A stretch of 64,000 bases of DNA from Candidatus Desulfovibrio intestinavium (GCA_019118345.1 DWZD01000051.1:1498-65497); one strand, 5' to 3'; shown: positions 30,143-38,762, counted from the first letter of the stretch. The notes: generated by a model not told the origin, from the sequence alone. Made by a program: numbers and translations.

Positions 30143-32893
30143 ATGGCCAACCTGTCGCAGCTTCTCAACCGTCTGCCCGAAATTCCCGTGGTGCGCATGA
30201 GCACCATGGGCCACGCCGTGTGGGTTTGCTGGCACAAGACGCCGCCCGCCGCCGTCAATCAGACGCTGCTCAACTATGGCGGCATGCTGCTGGCCGAAGA
30301 AAGCGATCAGGCGCTCTGGTTCTTCTTTACCGACGACGCCTTTCTGGCGCTGGCGCGCCTTTCGGTCTGGGGAAACTTCAACGACCTGGCCGTTGCCATT
30401 GAAATCTTCCCGGGGCGACTGCAGTTCGGCGCGCGCCGCGAAATGAATCTCTGGGTGGACGGCAAGCTGGCCGCCCAGCAGATGATGGTGCGCGAGAATC
30501 TGGAAGTCTGGGTGCATCCCAAGAGCCGCGAGGGCAAGAACACCCTGCCCGGCATCGAATTTGAAAAGATGCCGCCCCTGCAGGGCATGGCCTCGCTGGA
30601 CTGGGCGCTGCTCAAGGCCGACGTGCGCATGCCCTACACGTCCACCCAGGCCTGGTTTGCCCTGCTGCATCCGCTGGGCAGCCCGCTGGACAAGGACTAT
30701 CAGGTGGGCTGGCCCGCCATGTTCGCCCGTCTGGAGAGCATCTTCCAGGCCCACAAGATGCGCTTTCTCGTGCACGAGAGTTTCGTCATGGTGGCCGTGG
30801 AAAATCTGCTCATGCTGCGCACCTTCCTGCGCGACTACCTCCAGACCTTTGATCGCGAAAACGATCAGAATGCGCCCTGCTGGCCCTGCGTCTGCGTGGT
30901 GACGGATCGCAAGAACCTCAATTTCAACAGCGATCTGCCCAAGAAGGTCGGCCTGAAGTGGGACAGCCTCATGCCGGACTTCCCCTACATGAGCTACCGC
31001 AACGCCTACCTGCTGGGCGAGGGCTTCACCATTCGCGACATCGCCTTTTCCGGCGACCAGTCCAGCATGGAGAGCTGGTGCAACATCATCCTGGATGAAA
31101 ACAGCGTCAGCCGCCGCTCCATCCCCCTGCTCATGGCCGGGCAGCTGGCCGCCAGCGGCGCGTCCGACGTGGGCTGCTTCTACTGCGGCATTCGCACCCA
31201 CACCGCCGCCCAGTGCCCCACCCGCATCAGCGCCCCCAGCCGCCCCCAGATCTGGGACGAACTGGCCGCCCTTGATCTGGACGCCATCAATGAAGGCTTC
31301 CGCCAGATCGAGCAGCAGCTCGTGACCAGAGGGCTGGACGGTTATGATGAGCTGCTGCACACCCCGGGGCCGACGGCCACCCTGCTGCAGGCCGTGCTCG
31401 ATCTCAACGGGGCCGGGCAGCTGCGCAACGTGCCCCGGCAGTGGCTCTATCGCATGCGCGACCTCGACGAGGACGAAAACCCCCAGCGCGACGACAGCCC
31501 GGCCTGGGATTTTCTCGACAAGCTGGCCCAGACCCCGGCAGACAGCCTCCTGCCGCTGGAAAAGGCCATCAATGATTCCATCACCCGGCACTCCCGCGAT
31601 CCGCGCCTGCGCACGGTGCTGGGCTTTCTGCAGGTGGAGCGCGCCGACTATGCCCACGCGCAGCAATCCTTCCGCGACGCCGCCAGCCTGACCCCCTCGC
31701 CGGCCCTGCAAGCCTGGAATGAATATCTCCAGGGCCGTTTGCACGAGGAACTCGGTCACTATGCGCAGGCCCTCGAGCAGTATGCACAGGTGCTGCGCCT
31801 CATGCCCCAATGGCATGACCTGCGCTACCGGGAAATTGTCTGCAAGGTCAAGATGGGCTTCGGCGAGCAGGTGCTCGATCAGATCTCGCGCCTTGTCCAT
31901 GACGAACCCGCCTTTTTCAACCGCATCCTCATCGACCCCGCCCTCGAACGCGGCCGCCTGCTCATCCTCTCCTCGCTCTACGATATCTGGGACGCCGCCC
32001 ACAGCCGCGCTCTCGAGGAAAGCGGACGCATCAGCGAGATGGAGGAACGCCTCAACCAGTGGTTCGAGGAGGATCACCCCGTTCATATCAAGCTCGGCCG
32101 ACGCATCAGCCAGCTCAAGCACATGAGCGAGGTGAAGAACTATACCGCCTTCTTGCGCGTGGTCGAGGAAACCACCCCCCTGGAAAAGGAACTTGACGAG
32201 TGCATCCAGCACGAGGTCGATGACCTGCGCGAGCGCTACAAGGGGTATCTGGAACGCCTGCAGGAAGTGCGCGACGAGGCCTCCTGGTTTCCCTTCCCCT
32301 CGGCCCTCAAGGAATTCAGCCAGGAATTCAATGAATGCGCGGGCATCATCAACTGGGCCTTTGCCTGCAACTTCAACGATGCCGCCACCTTCAAGCGCGC
32401 CCAGACCACCACGCCGCGCCTCAATCAGCTCCTGCGCGACCTGCGCCGCCGCCTCAAGTTCCTGCGCATGGTGCGCGATGTCACCCTCTTTGCCATGACG
32501 ATGGGCAAGACATTCCTCTGGGTGGAAATCATCGGCCTCATTCTCTGCTTCCTCGGCATTCCCGCCGTGGTGCTCTGGGGGCAGCATTTCCACCTCGGCT
32601 GGCTGCGCGACCTCATCGGCGAAAACCAATGGGACATTCAAAAGGTTCTCGTCTTCATCGTCAGCGTCATCGCTCTGGGCATCTCCGCCCTGCGCTCCAC
32701 CCTCGTCTTTGAGTCCAAGCGGGAAAAGCTCCTTGACGAAGCCCGCGAGCAACGCGAAAAGGCCCAGCAGATGCGCCTTGACCGCATCCGCCGTCAACGT
32801 CAGATGGAAGCCGACAACGCCCGCCGCCTGCAGGAAGCCGAAGCCGAGCGCCAGCGGCAGGAAGAGCTGCGCCGCCGCATGGAAGACAACTGA
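30143..32893 (+). CDS. 916-aa conserved hypothetical: duplicated N-terminal domain, CCHC zinc knuckle, TPR region, two C-terminal TM helices and an Arg/Glu/Gln-rich tail
   Basis: Long ORF with coding-like composition and an AAAGGA RBS. CFYCGIRTHTAAQC (nt 31175-31216) fits CX2CX4HX4C exactly. TPR-like repeats run from ADYAHAQQSFRDAASL to HYAQALEQYAQVLRLMP. TM helices are FLWVEIIGLILCFLGIPAVVLWG and VLVFIVSVIALGISALRSTLVF. The tail is EAREQREKAQQMRLDRIRRQRQMEADNARRLQEAEAERQRQEELRRRMEDN. Confidence 0.85.
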   Translation: MANLSQLLNRLPEIPVVRMSTMGHAVWVCWHKTPPAAVNQTLLNYGGMLLAEESDQALWFFFTDDAFLALARLSVWGNFNDLAVAIEIFPGRLQFGARREMNLWVDGKLAAQQMMVRENLEVWVHPKSREGKNTLPGIEFEKMPPLQGMASLDWALLKADVRMPYTSTQAWFALLHPLGSPLDKDYQVGWPAMFARLESIFQAHKMRFLVHESFVMVAVENLLMLRTFLRDYLQTFDRENDQNAPCWPCVCVVTDRKNLNFNSDLPKKVGLKWDSLMPDFPYMSYRNAYLLGEGFTIRDIAFSGDQSSMESWCNIILDENSVSRRSIPLLMAGQLAASGASDVGCFYCGIRTHTAAQCPTRISAPSRPQIWDELAALDLDAINEGFRQIEQQLVTRGLDGYDELLHTPGPTATLLQAVLDLNGAGQLRNVPRQWLYRMRDLDEDENPQRDDSPAWDFLDKLAQTPADSLLPLEKAINDSITRHSRDPRLRTVLGFLQVERADYAHAQQSFRDAASLTPSPALQAWNEYLQGRLHEELGHYAQALEQYAQVLRLMPQWHDLRYREIVCKVKMGFGEQVLDQISRLVHDEPAFFNRILIDPALERGRLLILSSLYDIWDAAHSRALEESGRISEMEERLNQWFEEDHPVHIKLGRRISQLKHMSEVKNYTAFLRVVEETTPLEKELDECIQHEVDDLRERYKGYLERLQEVRDEASWFPFPSALKEFSQEFNECAGIINWAFACNFNDAATFKRAQTTTPRLNQLLRDLRRRLKFLRMVRDVTLFAMTMGKTFLWVEIIGLILCFLGIPAVVLWGQHFHLGWLRDLIGENQWDIQKVLVFIVSVIALGISALRSTLVFESKREKLLDEAREQREKAQQMRLDRIRRQRQMEADNARRLQEAEAERQRQEELRRRMEDN

Positions 32894-32899
32894 CGCCCC

Positions 32900-32927
32900 G
32901 CCCCCCGCCCTGCGGGGGGCTTTTTTT
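32900..32927 (+). terminator. Rho-independent terminator
   Basis: GCCCCCCGC-cct-GCGGGGGGC-TTTTTTT, immediately after the stop of the 916-aa gene. Confidence 0.85.
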
Positions 32928-32975
32928 CCCCGGCGGGCGGGATCAAAAAAACCAAGCCAAGCGCTAAGAAACAGC

Positions 32976-33004
32976 TTGACTATCCTTTCAGGAATCGTTA
33001 CTGT
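32976..33004 (+). promoter_or_regulatory. Candidate sigma70 promoter for the 33027 gene
   Basis: TTGACT (32976-32981), 17-bp spacer, TACTGT (32999-33004). The AAGGAGG RBS follows at 33014. Confidence 0.4.
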
Positions 33005-33026
33005 TTATTCAACAAGGAGGCACACC

Positions 33027-33371
33027 ATGTCGAGTCTTAAGGATTTCGCCTTGTATGATATATCGTGGAACCTGTCGCCCGAGCACGCCGTCACCATGTA
33101 TCTGGAATGGGGCAACAACGACTGGCATGCGGAATATCCGCCCGTCCGCTCCAAGGAAGACGTTTCGTATTACTTCGTGGTGGACAACTGGGGCGAAAAG
33201 CCTGTGGTGCGCCTTGTGCGGCGCAACTCGGAAAATGCCGAGGATCTGATTTCCGTTCCCCTGCCCGACAGCCTGCTGGCGGACTTCCACGCTGTACACG
33301 GCACCTGTCGCGGCATCAGCGAACCCACGCCGGCCATCAAAAACTGGCTGCGCCACGAAATGGGCCAATAA
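33027..33371 (+). CDS. Hypothetical cytoplasmic protein (114 aa)
   Basis: Strong AAGGAGG RBS 7 nt upstream of the ATG, its own promoter-like element and its own terminator. Product MSSLKDFALYDISWNLSPEHAVTMYLEWGNNDWHAEYPP.... The ORF-track start at 32709 overlaps the preceding gene and is rejected. Confidence 0.7.
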   Translation: MSSLKDFALYDISWNLSPEHAVTMYLEWGNNDWHAEYPPVRSKEDVSYYFVVDNWGEKPVVRLVRRNSENAEDLISVPLPDSLLADFHAVHGTCRGISEPTPAIKNWLRHEMGQ

Positions 33372-33456
33372 TCCCGCCCCCCCCCCGAGCGGACAACATA
33401 CCCTCCCACTCCTCGCGGTACTCGCCATACCGCTGCATCACACCATCCCAACCGCG

Positions 33457-33494
33457 AAAGGGGCCTGTTGACGGACAGGCCCCTTTCCTTTTGC
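33457..33494 (+). terminator. Rho-independent terminator
   Basis: AAAGGGGCCTGT-tgacgg-ACAGGCCCCTTT-ccTTTTgc. Confidence 0.65.
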
Positions 33495-34000
33495 TCGCCT
33501 GCCCGGCGGGCGACCGAATGGCGGCCCGCAGGGCCGTGCCCGTTGCGACGAAGGAAGCTACGGGCATCGACAGCAGAGCTGCCTGCAGCGGCCTTGGGTT
33601 TTCTGCTTTTTTTTCTTTCGATGGATTGCGGCTTCGGCCCGGCACCCGGGCCGGGTCGCCTGCCCGGCGCGGGGCAGGGGGCAGGGGCTTGGCAGCCCCT
33701 AGCCCCCTACAACCCCTACCCCGCCTTGGGCAGCCATTGCTTGCGGGGAGCGTGACCCTTCAGGCGTACCCTGCCTCCCTTTGCTGTCGCGCGTCCTTTG
33801 GCAACGCCCTTCCGCTGTCCCGCACGCGGGACGAGCGTTCGGGCGGCGTCGGAGGGCCTGCGGCGGCCTTGGGGTTTCTTCTTTTTTTCGTTCGTTGAAT
33901 GGCGGCCTCATCCAAGCATTTGATCGTGGCCGCCTGCGCGGCGGGGCGGCAGGGGGCAGGGGCTTGGCAGCCCCTCGCCCCCTACAACCCCCTTCCCCCC
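33482..34000. repeat. Two tandem, degenerate ~230-240 bp repeat units with GC-rich hairpin cores
   Basis: Unit 1 is ~33482-33724 and unit 2 is ~33774-34000. Both share CCT(T/C)CC(T)TTTGCT..., CTGC(A/G)GCGGCCTTGGG(G)TTTCT..TTTTTTT and GGGGGCAGGGGCTTGGCAGCCCCT(A/C)GCCCCCTACAACCCC. The last contains a perfect AGGGGCT-tggc-AGCCCCT hairpin extended by GGGGGC/GCCCCC. There is no convincing ORF. Confidence 0.7.
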
Positions 34001-34014
34001 ACAAAAACCATATT

Positions 34015-34569
34015 TTATGGCAAGCAAGGGCTGGCGGCGGCCCATTCCGTGCGCAAGACGGCGTAGATCAGGGTATTTTCGTAGACGGGGCGGCCCTGTT
34101 CATCATTGACAAAAGCGGCAAACTCCCGCAGCAGCCCTTCCCTGCGCATGCCGAGGCGTTCGCAGAGTTTTTGCGAGGACAGATTGTTTTCCTCGACATA
34201 GGCGTAAATTCTTCGGGCCTTTTTCTGGTCGAAGAGGAAGGCGAGGTAGGCTCGGGCTGCTTCGGCGGCATAGCCCCTGCCGGTATAGGCCGGATTGAGG
34301 TGCCAGCCGACGCCATGATTGCCGTGTTCTTCCTCTTGCGAAAAAAGATTGCCGATAAGGGCGCCGTTGGCCCTGAGGCAGACGGCCAGTTCGGCGCCGT
34401 TGGGGCGCGCGTTGCGCTCGCGGATGCTTTGCAGCGCATCTTGGATGCTGGTCAGGCGTTCGGGGTAAAAGCACGATGCGCGAGGCTGCCGGAAATAGGC
34501 CAGCAGCTCTTCTGCATCGTCGGCGCGGAAGTTGCGCAGAACCAGGCGTTCGGTGGTGATGGGCATCAT
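34015..34569 (-). CDS. GNAT-family N-acetyltransferase (RimJ/RimL-like)
   Basis: ITTERLVLRNFRADDAEELLAYF... / ...GWHLNPAYTGRGYAAEAARAYLAFLF...RIYAYVEENNLSSQKLCERLGMRREG matches the acetyl-CoA binding Q/RxxGxG/A pattern. Confidence 0.85.
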   Translation of the reverse strand: MMPITTERLVLRNFRADDAEELLAYFRQPRASCFYPERLTSIQDALQSIRERNARPNGAELAVCLRANGALIGNLFSQEEEHGNHGVGWHLNPAYTGRGYAAEAARAYLAFLFDQKKARRIYAYVEENNLSSQKLCERLGMRREGLLREFAAFVNDEQGRPVYENTLIYAVLRTEWAAASPCLP

Positions 34570-34743
34570 GGCGGGAGCATAGCGACAAGGGGAGCGTTTG
34601 CCAAGGCCGCCCGGTACGGGACGGATGTTCCAGCGTAGGCGGGGATGGCGGTGGAAGCGTCAGGGCCTCTTGTTTTTGCGGCGGCGCGGGCTTACACCAG
34701 CAGGGAGGCCGCGTGGCCGACGTGTCCGGGAAAGGGGGGCGCT

Positions 34744-35691
34744 ATGGTTTTCTGGCTTGCGTTGCAGGGGGTTCTGGGCCTGCTTTTGATCAGCATAGTG
34801 GGCTATGTGCTGGCGGCCAAGGGCTGGTTTGACGATCACGCCATCATCATGATGCCGCGCCTGATTACCTGCGTCGCCCTGCCGCCGTATCTGTTCTACA
34901 CGGTGAGCCATTCCTTTCAGCGGGAACAGCTCCTGCACATGATTGTCAGCTCGCTGTTTCCGCTGCTGTCCATGCTGGTGACCTTTGCCCTGGCCTGGGT
35001 GCTGGCGCGGCTGTTCCGGGTGAAGGAGGGGCGGCGCGGGCTGTTCTGCGCGGGCATGTCCGCATCCAATACGATGTACATCGGCCTGCCGGTCAATCTG
35101 GCCCTGTTCGGCGAGGAGGCCCTGCCCTTTGTGCTCCTCTATTTCTTTGCCAACACGGTGTTTTTCTGGACGGTGGGCAATTACGCCATCAGCCATGACA
35201 AGGTGGAACTGCGGGCCGGGGCGAGTTTGTGGAGCAATGCCCGGCACATCCTGTCGCCGCCCATGATCGGCATGTTGAGCGGGGCGGCGCTGGTGATCTT
35301 TTCGCTGCGCCTGCCGCGCTTTCTGGAATCCTGCGCCCAGTATCTGGGCAATATGACCACGCCGCTGGCCCTCATTTTCATTGGCGTTTCCCTGTACAAG
35401 ATGGATTTGCGCCACCTGCACATCGACCGGGATCTGGTGCTGGGCATTGTGGGCAAGCTGGTGCTGGCCCCGCTGGTGCTGGCCGTCATGCTGGCGTACT
35501 GCCTGCCGGACGTGCCGGATTTGATGCGCAAGGTGTTCATCATTCAGGCCGGGCTGCCCAGCATCCTGCAAACCGCGCTCATGAGCGCCTATTACGACAC
35601 GGATCCGCAATACGGGGCGCTGATGGTGACGCTGACGACCCTGCTGTCCACCCTGACCATCCCGCTGGCCATGACGCTCGTGTCATTGTAG
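34744..35691 (+). CDS. AEC (auxin efflux carrier) family transporter
   Basis: 315-aa protein with ~10 TM helices. MVFWLALQGVLGLLLISIVGYVLAAKGWFD...LPVNLALFGEEALPFVLLYFFANTVFFWTVG...IIQAGLPS are typical membrane-transport (Mem_trans) motifs. Confidence 0.85.
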   Translation: MVFWLALQGVLGLLLISIVGYVLAAKGWFDDHAIIMMPRLITCVALPPYLFYTVSHSFQREQLLHMIVSSLFPLLSMLVTFALAWVLARLFRVKEGRRGLFCAGMSASNTMYIGLPVNLALFGEEALPFVLLYFFANTVFFWTVGNYAISHDKVELRAGASLWSNARHILSPPMIGMLSGAALVIFSLRLPRFLESCAQYLGNMTTPLALIFIGVSLYKMDLRHLHIDRDLVLGIVGKLVLAPLVLAVMLAYCLPDVPDLMRKVFIIQAGLPSILQTALMSAYYDTDPQYGALMVTLTTLLSTLTIPLAMTLVSL

Positions 35692-35804
35692 GGGCCGCAA
35701 TGACGGACGCCGGGGCGGCAAGGCCCCGGCGCCGGGAGGGAAGGGGTCGGGACGGTCGCGTTCATCCCGGCCTGACGCGCGCTGCGTCGCGCGTTCCGAT
35801 GAGG

Positions 35805-35829
35805 AAAGGCCGTTTCGCGGACGGCCTTT
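35805..35829. terminator. Hairpin between convergent AEC transporter and aldehyde dehydrogenase genes (possible bidirectional terminator)
   Basis: AAAGGCCGT-ttcgcgg-ACGGCCTTT. The T/A tracts form part of the stem, so the poly-U is weak. Confidence 0.45.
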
Positions 35830-35839
35830 CAGCTGTTGG

Positions 35840-37330
35840 TTACTGTGCGGCGGGGTAGAAGCCTGTGGGCTGTTCCTTCAAGTTGATCATGATGTTCTTC
35901 ATCTGGGTGTAGTGTTCCAGAATGATCTTGTGGGTTTCGCGGCCGATGCCGGATTCCTTGTAGCCGCCGAAGGGTGCGCCTTCGGGTATGGCGTTGTAGG
36001 TATTGACCCACATGCGGCCGGTTTCCACATGCATGGAGACGCGCAGCGCGCGATTGAGATCGCGCGTCCAGACCGCGCCGCCGAGGCCGAATTCGCTGTT
36101 GTTGGCCATGCGGATGACTTCTTCCTCGGTGCGGAACTTGATGATGCAGGCCACAGGGCCGAAGATTTCCTCACGGGCCACGCGCATGTCGTTGGTCACA
36201 TTGCCCAGCAGGGTGGGCCGCAGGAAGCAGCCCCTGCCGAGTTCGCCTTCGGTTTCCTGCCGGCCGCCGCACAGCACGGTGGCGCCTTCCTTGCGGCCGA
36301 TTTCCACATAGTCCAGAATTTTTTTCATGTGCCCCTGGCCGATCTGGCAGCCCATTTGCGTTTCGGTTTCCCAGGGCAGGCCGACCTTGACGGCATTGAA
36401 GCGTTTGACGGCTTCTGCCACAAAGCGATCGTAGATGCCTTCCTGCACGAAGACGCGCGAACCGGCGCAGCAGACCTGCCCCTGATTGAAGAGAATGCCG
36501 ACCTGCAGGCCATCCATGGCCATTTCCCAATCGCAATCGTCAAAGAAGATATTGGCGGACTTGCCGCCCAGTTCCAGCGTGGCCGGAATCAGGCGCTGGG
36601 CGGCGGCCAGCGCCACGCTGCGTCCCACTTCGGTGGAACCGGTGAAGGCCAGTTTGCGGAAGCCCTTGTGATCGAGCATGTACTGACCGGATTTGCTGCC
36701 CGAGCCGGTAATGACGTTGAATACGCCCGCCGGAATCACGTCCTGCACGAGGCGGGCGAATTCCAGCACGCTGAGGGGGGTTGCGCTGGACGTCTTGAGT
36801 ACGGTGCAGCAGCCGCTGGCCAGCACGGGCGCGAGTTTCCAGGCGGCCATGAGGAAGGGGAAATTCCACGGCACAATCTGGCCCACGACGCCGAGGGGTT
36901 CCTTGAGAACAAGGCTCAGGGGCGATCCGTCCAGCAGGTTGGAGCTGCCTTCCTCGGCCATGACGCAGCCCGCGAAATAGCGGAAATGCTGGGCGGCCAT
37001 GGGAATATCCACGGCGAGGGTTTCGCGGATGGGTTTGCCGTTGTCGAGGGTTTCGACCATGGCCAGATGATCGCGGTGGGCGTCGATGATGTCCGCCACC
37101 CTGTTCAGCAGGGCGGCACGCTCATTGGCGCTGACGGTTTTCCAGTAGGCAAAGGCTTTCCAGGCAGCATCCACGGCGGCGTCCACGTCCTCGCGCGTGG
37201 CTTCGGCGCAGGCGGCAAGCACTTCGCCGTCGGCCGGGCAGGTGGTGGTAAAGGTTCCGCCGTCGGAAGCGTCCTTCCATTGGCCGTCGATGAAGAGCTG
37301 ATAGCGATCCTGCAAGGGCACCTTTTTCAT
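35840..37330 (-). CDS. NAD(P)+-dependent aldehyde dehydrogenase
   Basis: 496 aa. The catalytic region FNQGQVCCAGSRVFV (Cys) and LELGGKS (Glu), plus ...FGGYKESGIGRE, are canonical ALDH family motifs. AGGAGA RBS at the ATG 37330. Confidence 0.93.
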   Translation of the reverse strand: MKKVPLQDRYQLFIDGQWKDASDGGTFTTTCPADGEVLAACAEATREDVDAAVDAAWKAFAYWKTVSANERAALLNRVADIIDAHRDHLAMVETLDNGKPIRETLAVDIPMAAQHFRYFAGCVMAEEGSSNLLDGSPLSLVLKEPLGVVGQIVPWNFPFLMAAWKLAPVLASGCCTVLKTSSATPLSVLEFARLVQDVIPAGVFNVITGSGSKSGQYMLDHKGFRKLAFTGSTEVGRSVALAAAQRLIPATLELGGKSANIFFDDCDWEMAMDGLQVGILFNQGQVCCAGSRVFVQEGIYDRFVAEAVKRFNAVKVGLPWETETQMGCQIGQGHMKKILDYVEIGRKEGATVLCGGRQETEGELGRGCFLRPTLLGNVTNDMRVAREEIFGPVACIIKFRTEEEVIRMANNSEFGLGGAVWTRDLNRALRVSMHVETGRMWVNTYNAIPEGAPFGGYKESGIGRETHKIILEHYTQMKNIMINLKEQPTGFYPAAQ

Positions 37331-37658
37331 GGCAATGGTCTCCTGCGCATTGAGCGCCTGTTGGTGATCCGTCCGGAAGGGGCGGCCCCGCCCCATGCGG
37401 GGCTTTTTGCATGCTGACAGGAAACAGGAAAGGGGCGGCTGGGGTCAAGGCGACACGTTTTTGGGCAAAAAAGAACGGGTACAGGCCGCTTTTTTGTGCA
37501 CTGCGCGTGCGCCGTACATGGGCGGGCTGACGGCAGGGAGGCGGTATGCCGTCCTCTTTTGCGGCGGGGGCCGGATCAAGACACGAATTGAGGAAAAAAC
37601 GTGAGTTGGTGTCCTCCCTGTGGCATGCGTCTATATTCGGAACGATTCGGGAGGATGC

Positions 37659-38762
37659 ATGGTTTCGGTGGAGCGGCGCGAAGAGCTGGAAAGTCTGCTG
37701 CGCAGTCTGGGGGCTGATGAGCGGAAGTGGTTGCAGCAAAACCTGTTGCGACGGGAGACGGCCGGCCTGCTTTGTGAGGCGACAAGCCTCAGTGAAGAGG
37801 AACTGCTGACGGCGGAAAACTGGTTCCGGCGGCAGTTTGCCGAAGCGGATTGCCTGCGCATGCGGCGCAGCCACGCGCGCCTCTGGTGTCTGTTCATGCT
37901 GCTCCGGTACGGGGGCCTGCGTCTTGTGGAGGCCCTGTCGCTGGAGCTGCGGCATATGGACTGGGACAGCGGCAGCATTTGTCTGGAAGGCGACCGCGCC
38001 CGGCGCGTCCCCTTGCCGTGGGCGCCGTGCCGCCGCCTGCGCCAGCTGCTGGAAGATCCCTCGCTTTTTCCGCCCAGCGGCAGGCCGTTGCAATGTGATG
38101 CCAGTCATGTGCGGCGCAGTCTCAAGCAATGCGGTCAGGCCTGCGGCTTGCCCGCTGGCCTGCTGACCGCCCGCAGCCTGCGGCAGGCCCGCATTCTCGA
38201 GCTGATCCGGCAGGGCCTGCCCGCGCCGGTGGCGGACATCTTCTTTGCCGGGCGCAACAGCCCGCAGGCCGGGGGCATACGGTATAATGCCGAGGTCGCA
38301 CAGAGCCTGTTGTGTGAGCACATCCAGCGGGCTACCGGCCCCCGTACCAGCGCGCGCAATGTGTTTCAGGGCCGCATCGAGGAAATCCGCGTCGCCGGGC
38401 TTATGGTACGGGTAAGCCTTTGCACGGCGGGCGGCCTGCGCCTCGCCGCCGTCATCACCGATGAAAGTTTCCGCAGCCTGCGGCTTGCGGAAGGCATGCT
38501 CGTGACGGCCATCATCAAGGCCCCGTGGATCGTCTTCGAGCCGGATCCCGATCAGGACGAGCCGCATGCCGTGGCCATGAATTGCTTTCGCGGTACGGTT
38601 TCGCGGGTGCGGCAGGACGGGATGTTTGCCGAGATTCTCGTGGAACTGGCCGACGGCAGTCAGGCCTGTGCTTTGCACGTCTGCGGCGAACGTCCCGTTC
38701 CCGCTGAGGGCAGTGCCGTCTGGATCATCTTCAAGGCCCTGTCCGTCATTCTGACCCTGTAA
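37659..38762 (+). CDS. TunR-family transcriptional regulator (XerC/D-like DNA-binding domain fused to two ModE-type Mop/TOBE molybdate/tungstate-binding domains)
   Basis: The N-terminal half has a degenerate tyrosine-recombinase core (LLRYGGLRLVEALSLELRHMD ... TARSLRQARILELIRQGLP ... FAGR). The His residues of HxLR and LGH are replaced and there is no C-terminal catalytic Tyr segment. The C-terminal half has two molbindin repeats, TSARNVFQGRIEEIRVAGLMVRVSL...AVITDESFRSLRLAEGMLVTAIIKAPWIVF and NCFRGTVSRVRQDGMFAEILVEL...AVWIIFKALSVIL. The start is uncertain: ATG 37659 or GTG 37620. Confidence 0.75.
   Translation: MVSVERREELESLLRSLGADERKWLQQNLLRRETAGLLCEATSLSEEELLTAENWFRRQFAEADCLRMRRSHARLWCLFMLLRYGGLRLVEALSLELRHMDWDSGSICLEGDRARRVPLPWAPCRRLRQLLEDPSLFPPSGRPLQCDASHVRRSLKQCGQACGLPAGLLTARSLRQARILELIRQGLPAPVADIFFAGRNSPQAGGIRYNAEVAQSLLCEHIQRATGPRTSARNVFQGRIEEIRVAGLMVRVSLCTAGGLRLAAVITDESFRSLRLAEGMLVTAIIKAPWIVFEPDPDQDEPHAVAMNCFRGTVSRVRQDGMFAEILVELADGSQACALHVCGERPVPAEGSAVWIIFKALSVILTL

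Noticed and set aside
33482-34000. A CRISPR array or tRNA-like genes in the repeat-rich gap.
   Set aside because: There are only two long (~235 bp) degenerate units, with no short, regularly spaced identical repeats or unique spacers. There are no cas genes and no cloverleaf-compatible segments.
37659-38340. A phage or integrative-element tyrosine integrase, which would imply a mobile element.
   Set aside because: The recombinase-like domain is truncated and degenerate. The HxLR and LGH histidines are replaced and the catalytic Tyr region is replaced by Mop domains. There are no flanking att-like repeats, tRNA or phage genes. The architecture matches the TunR regulator family instead.
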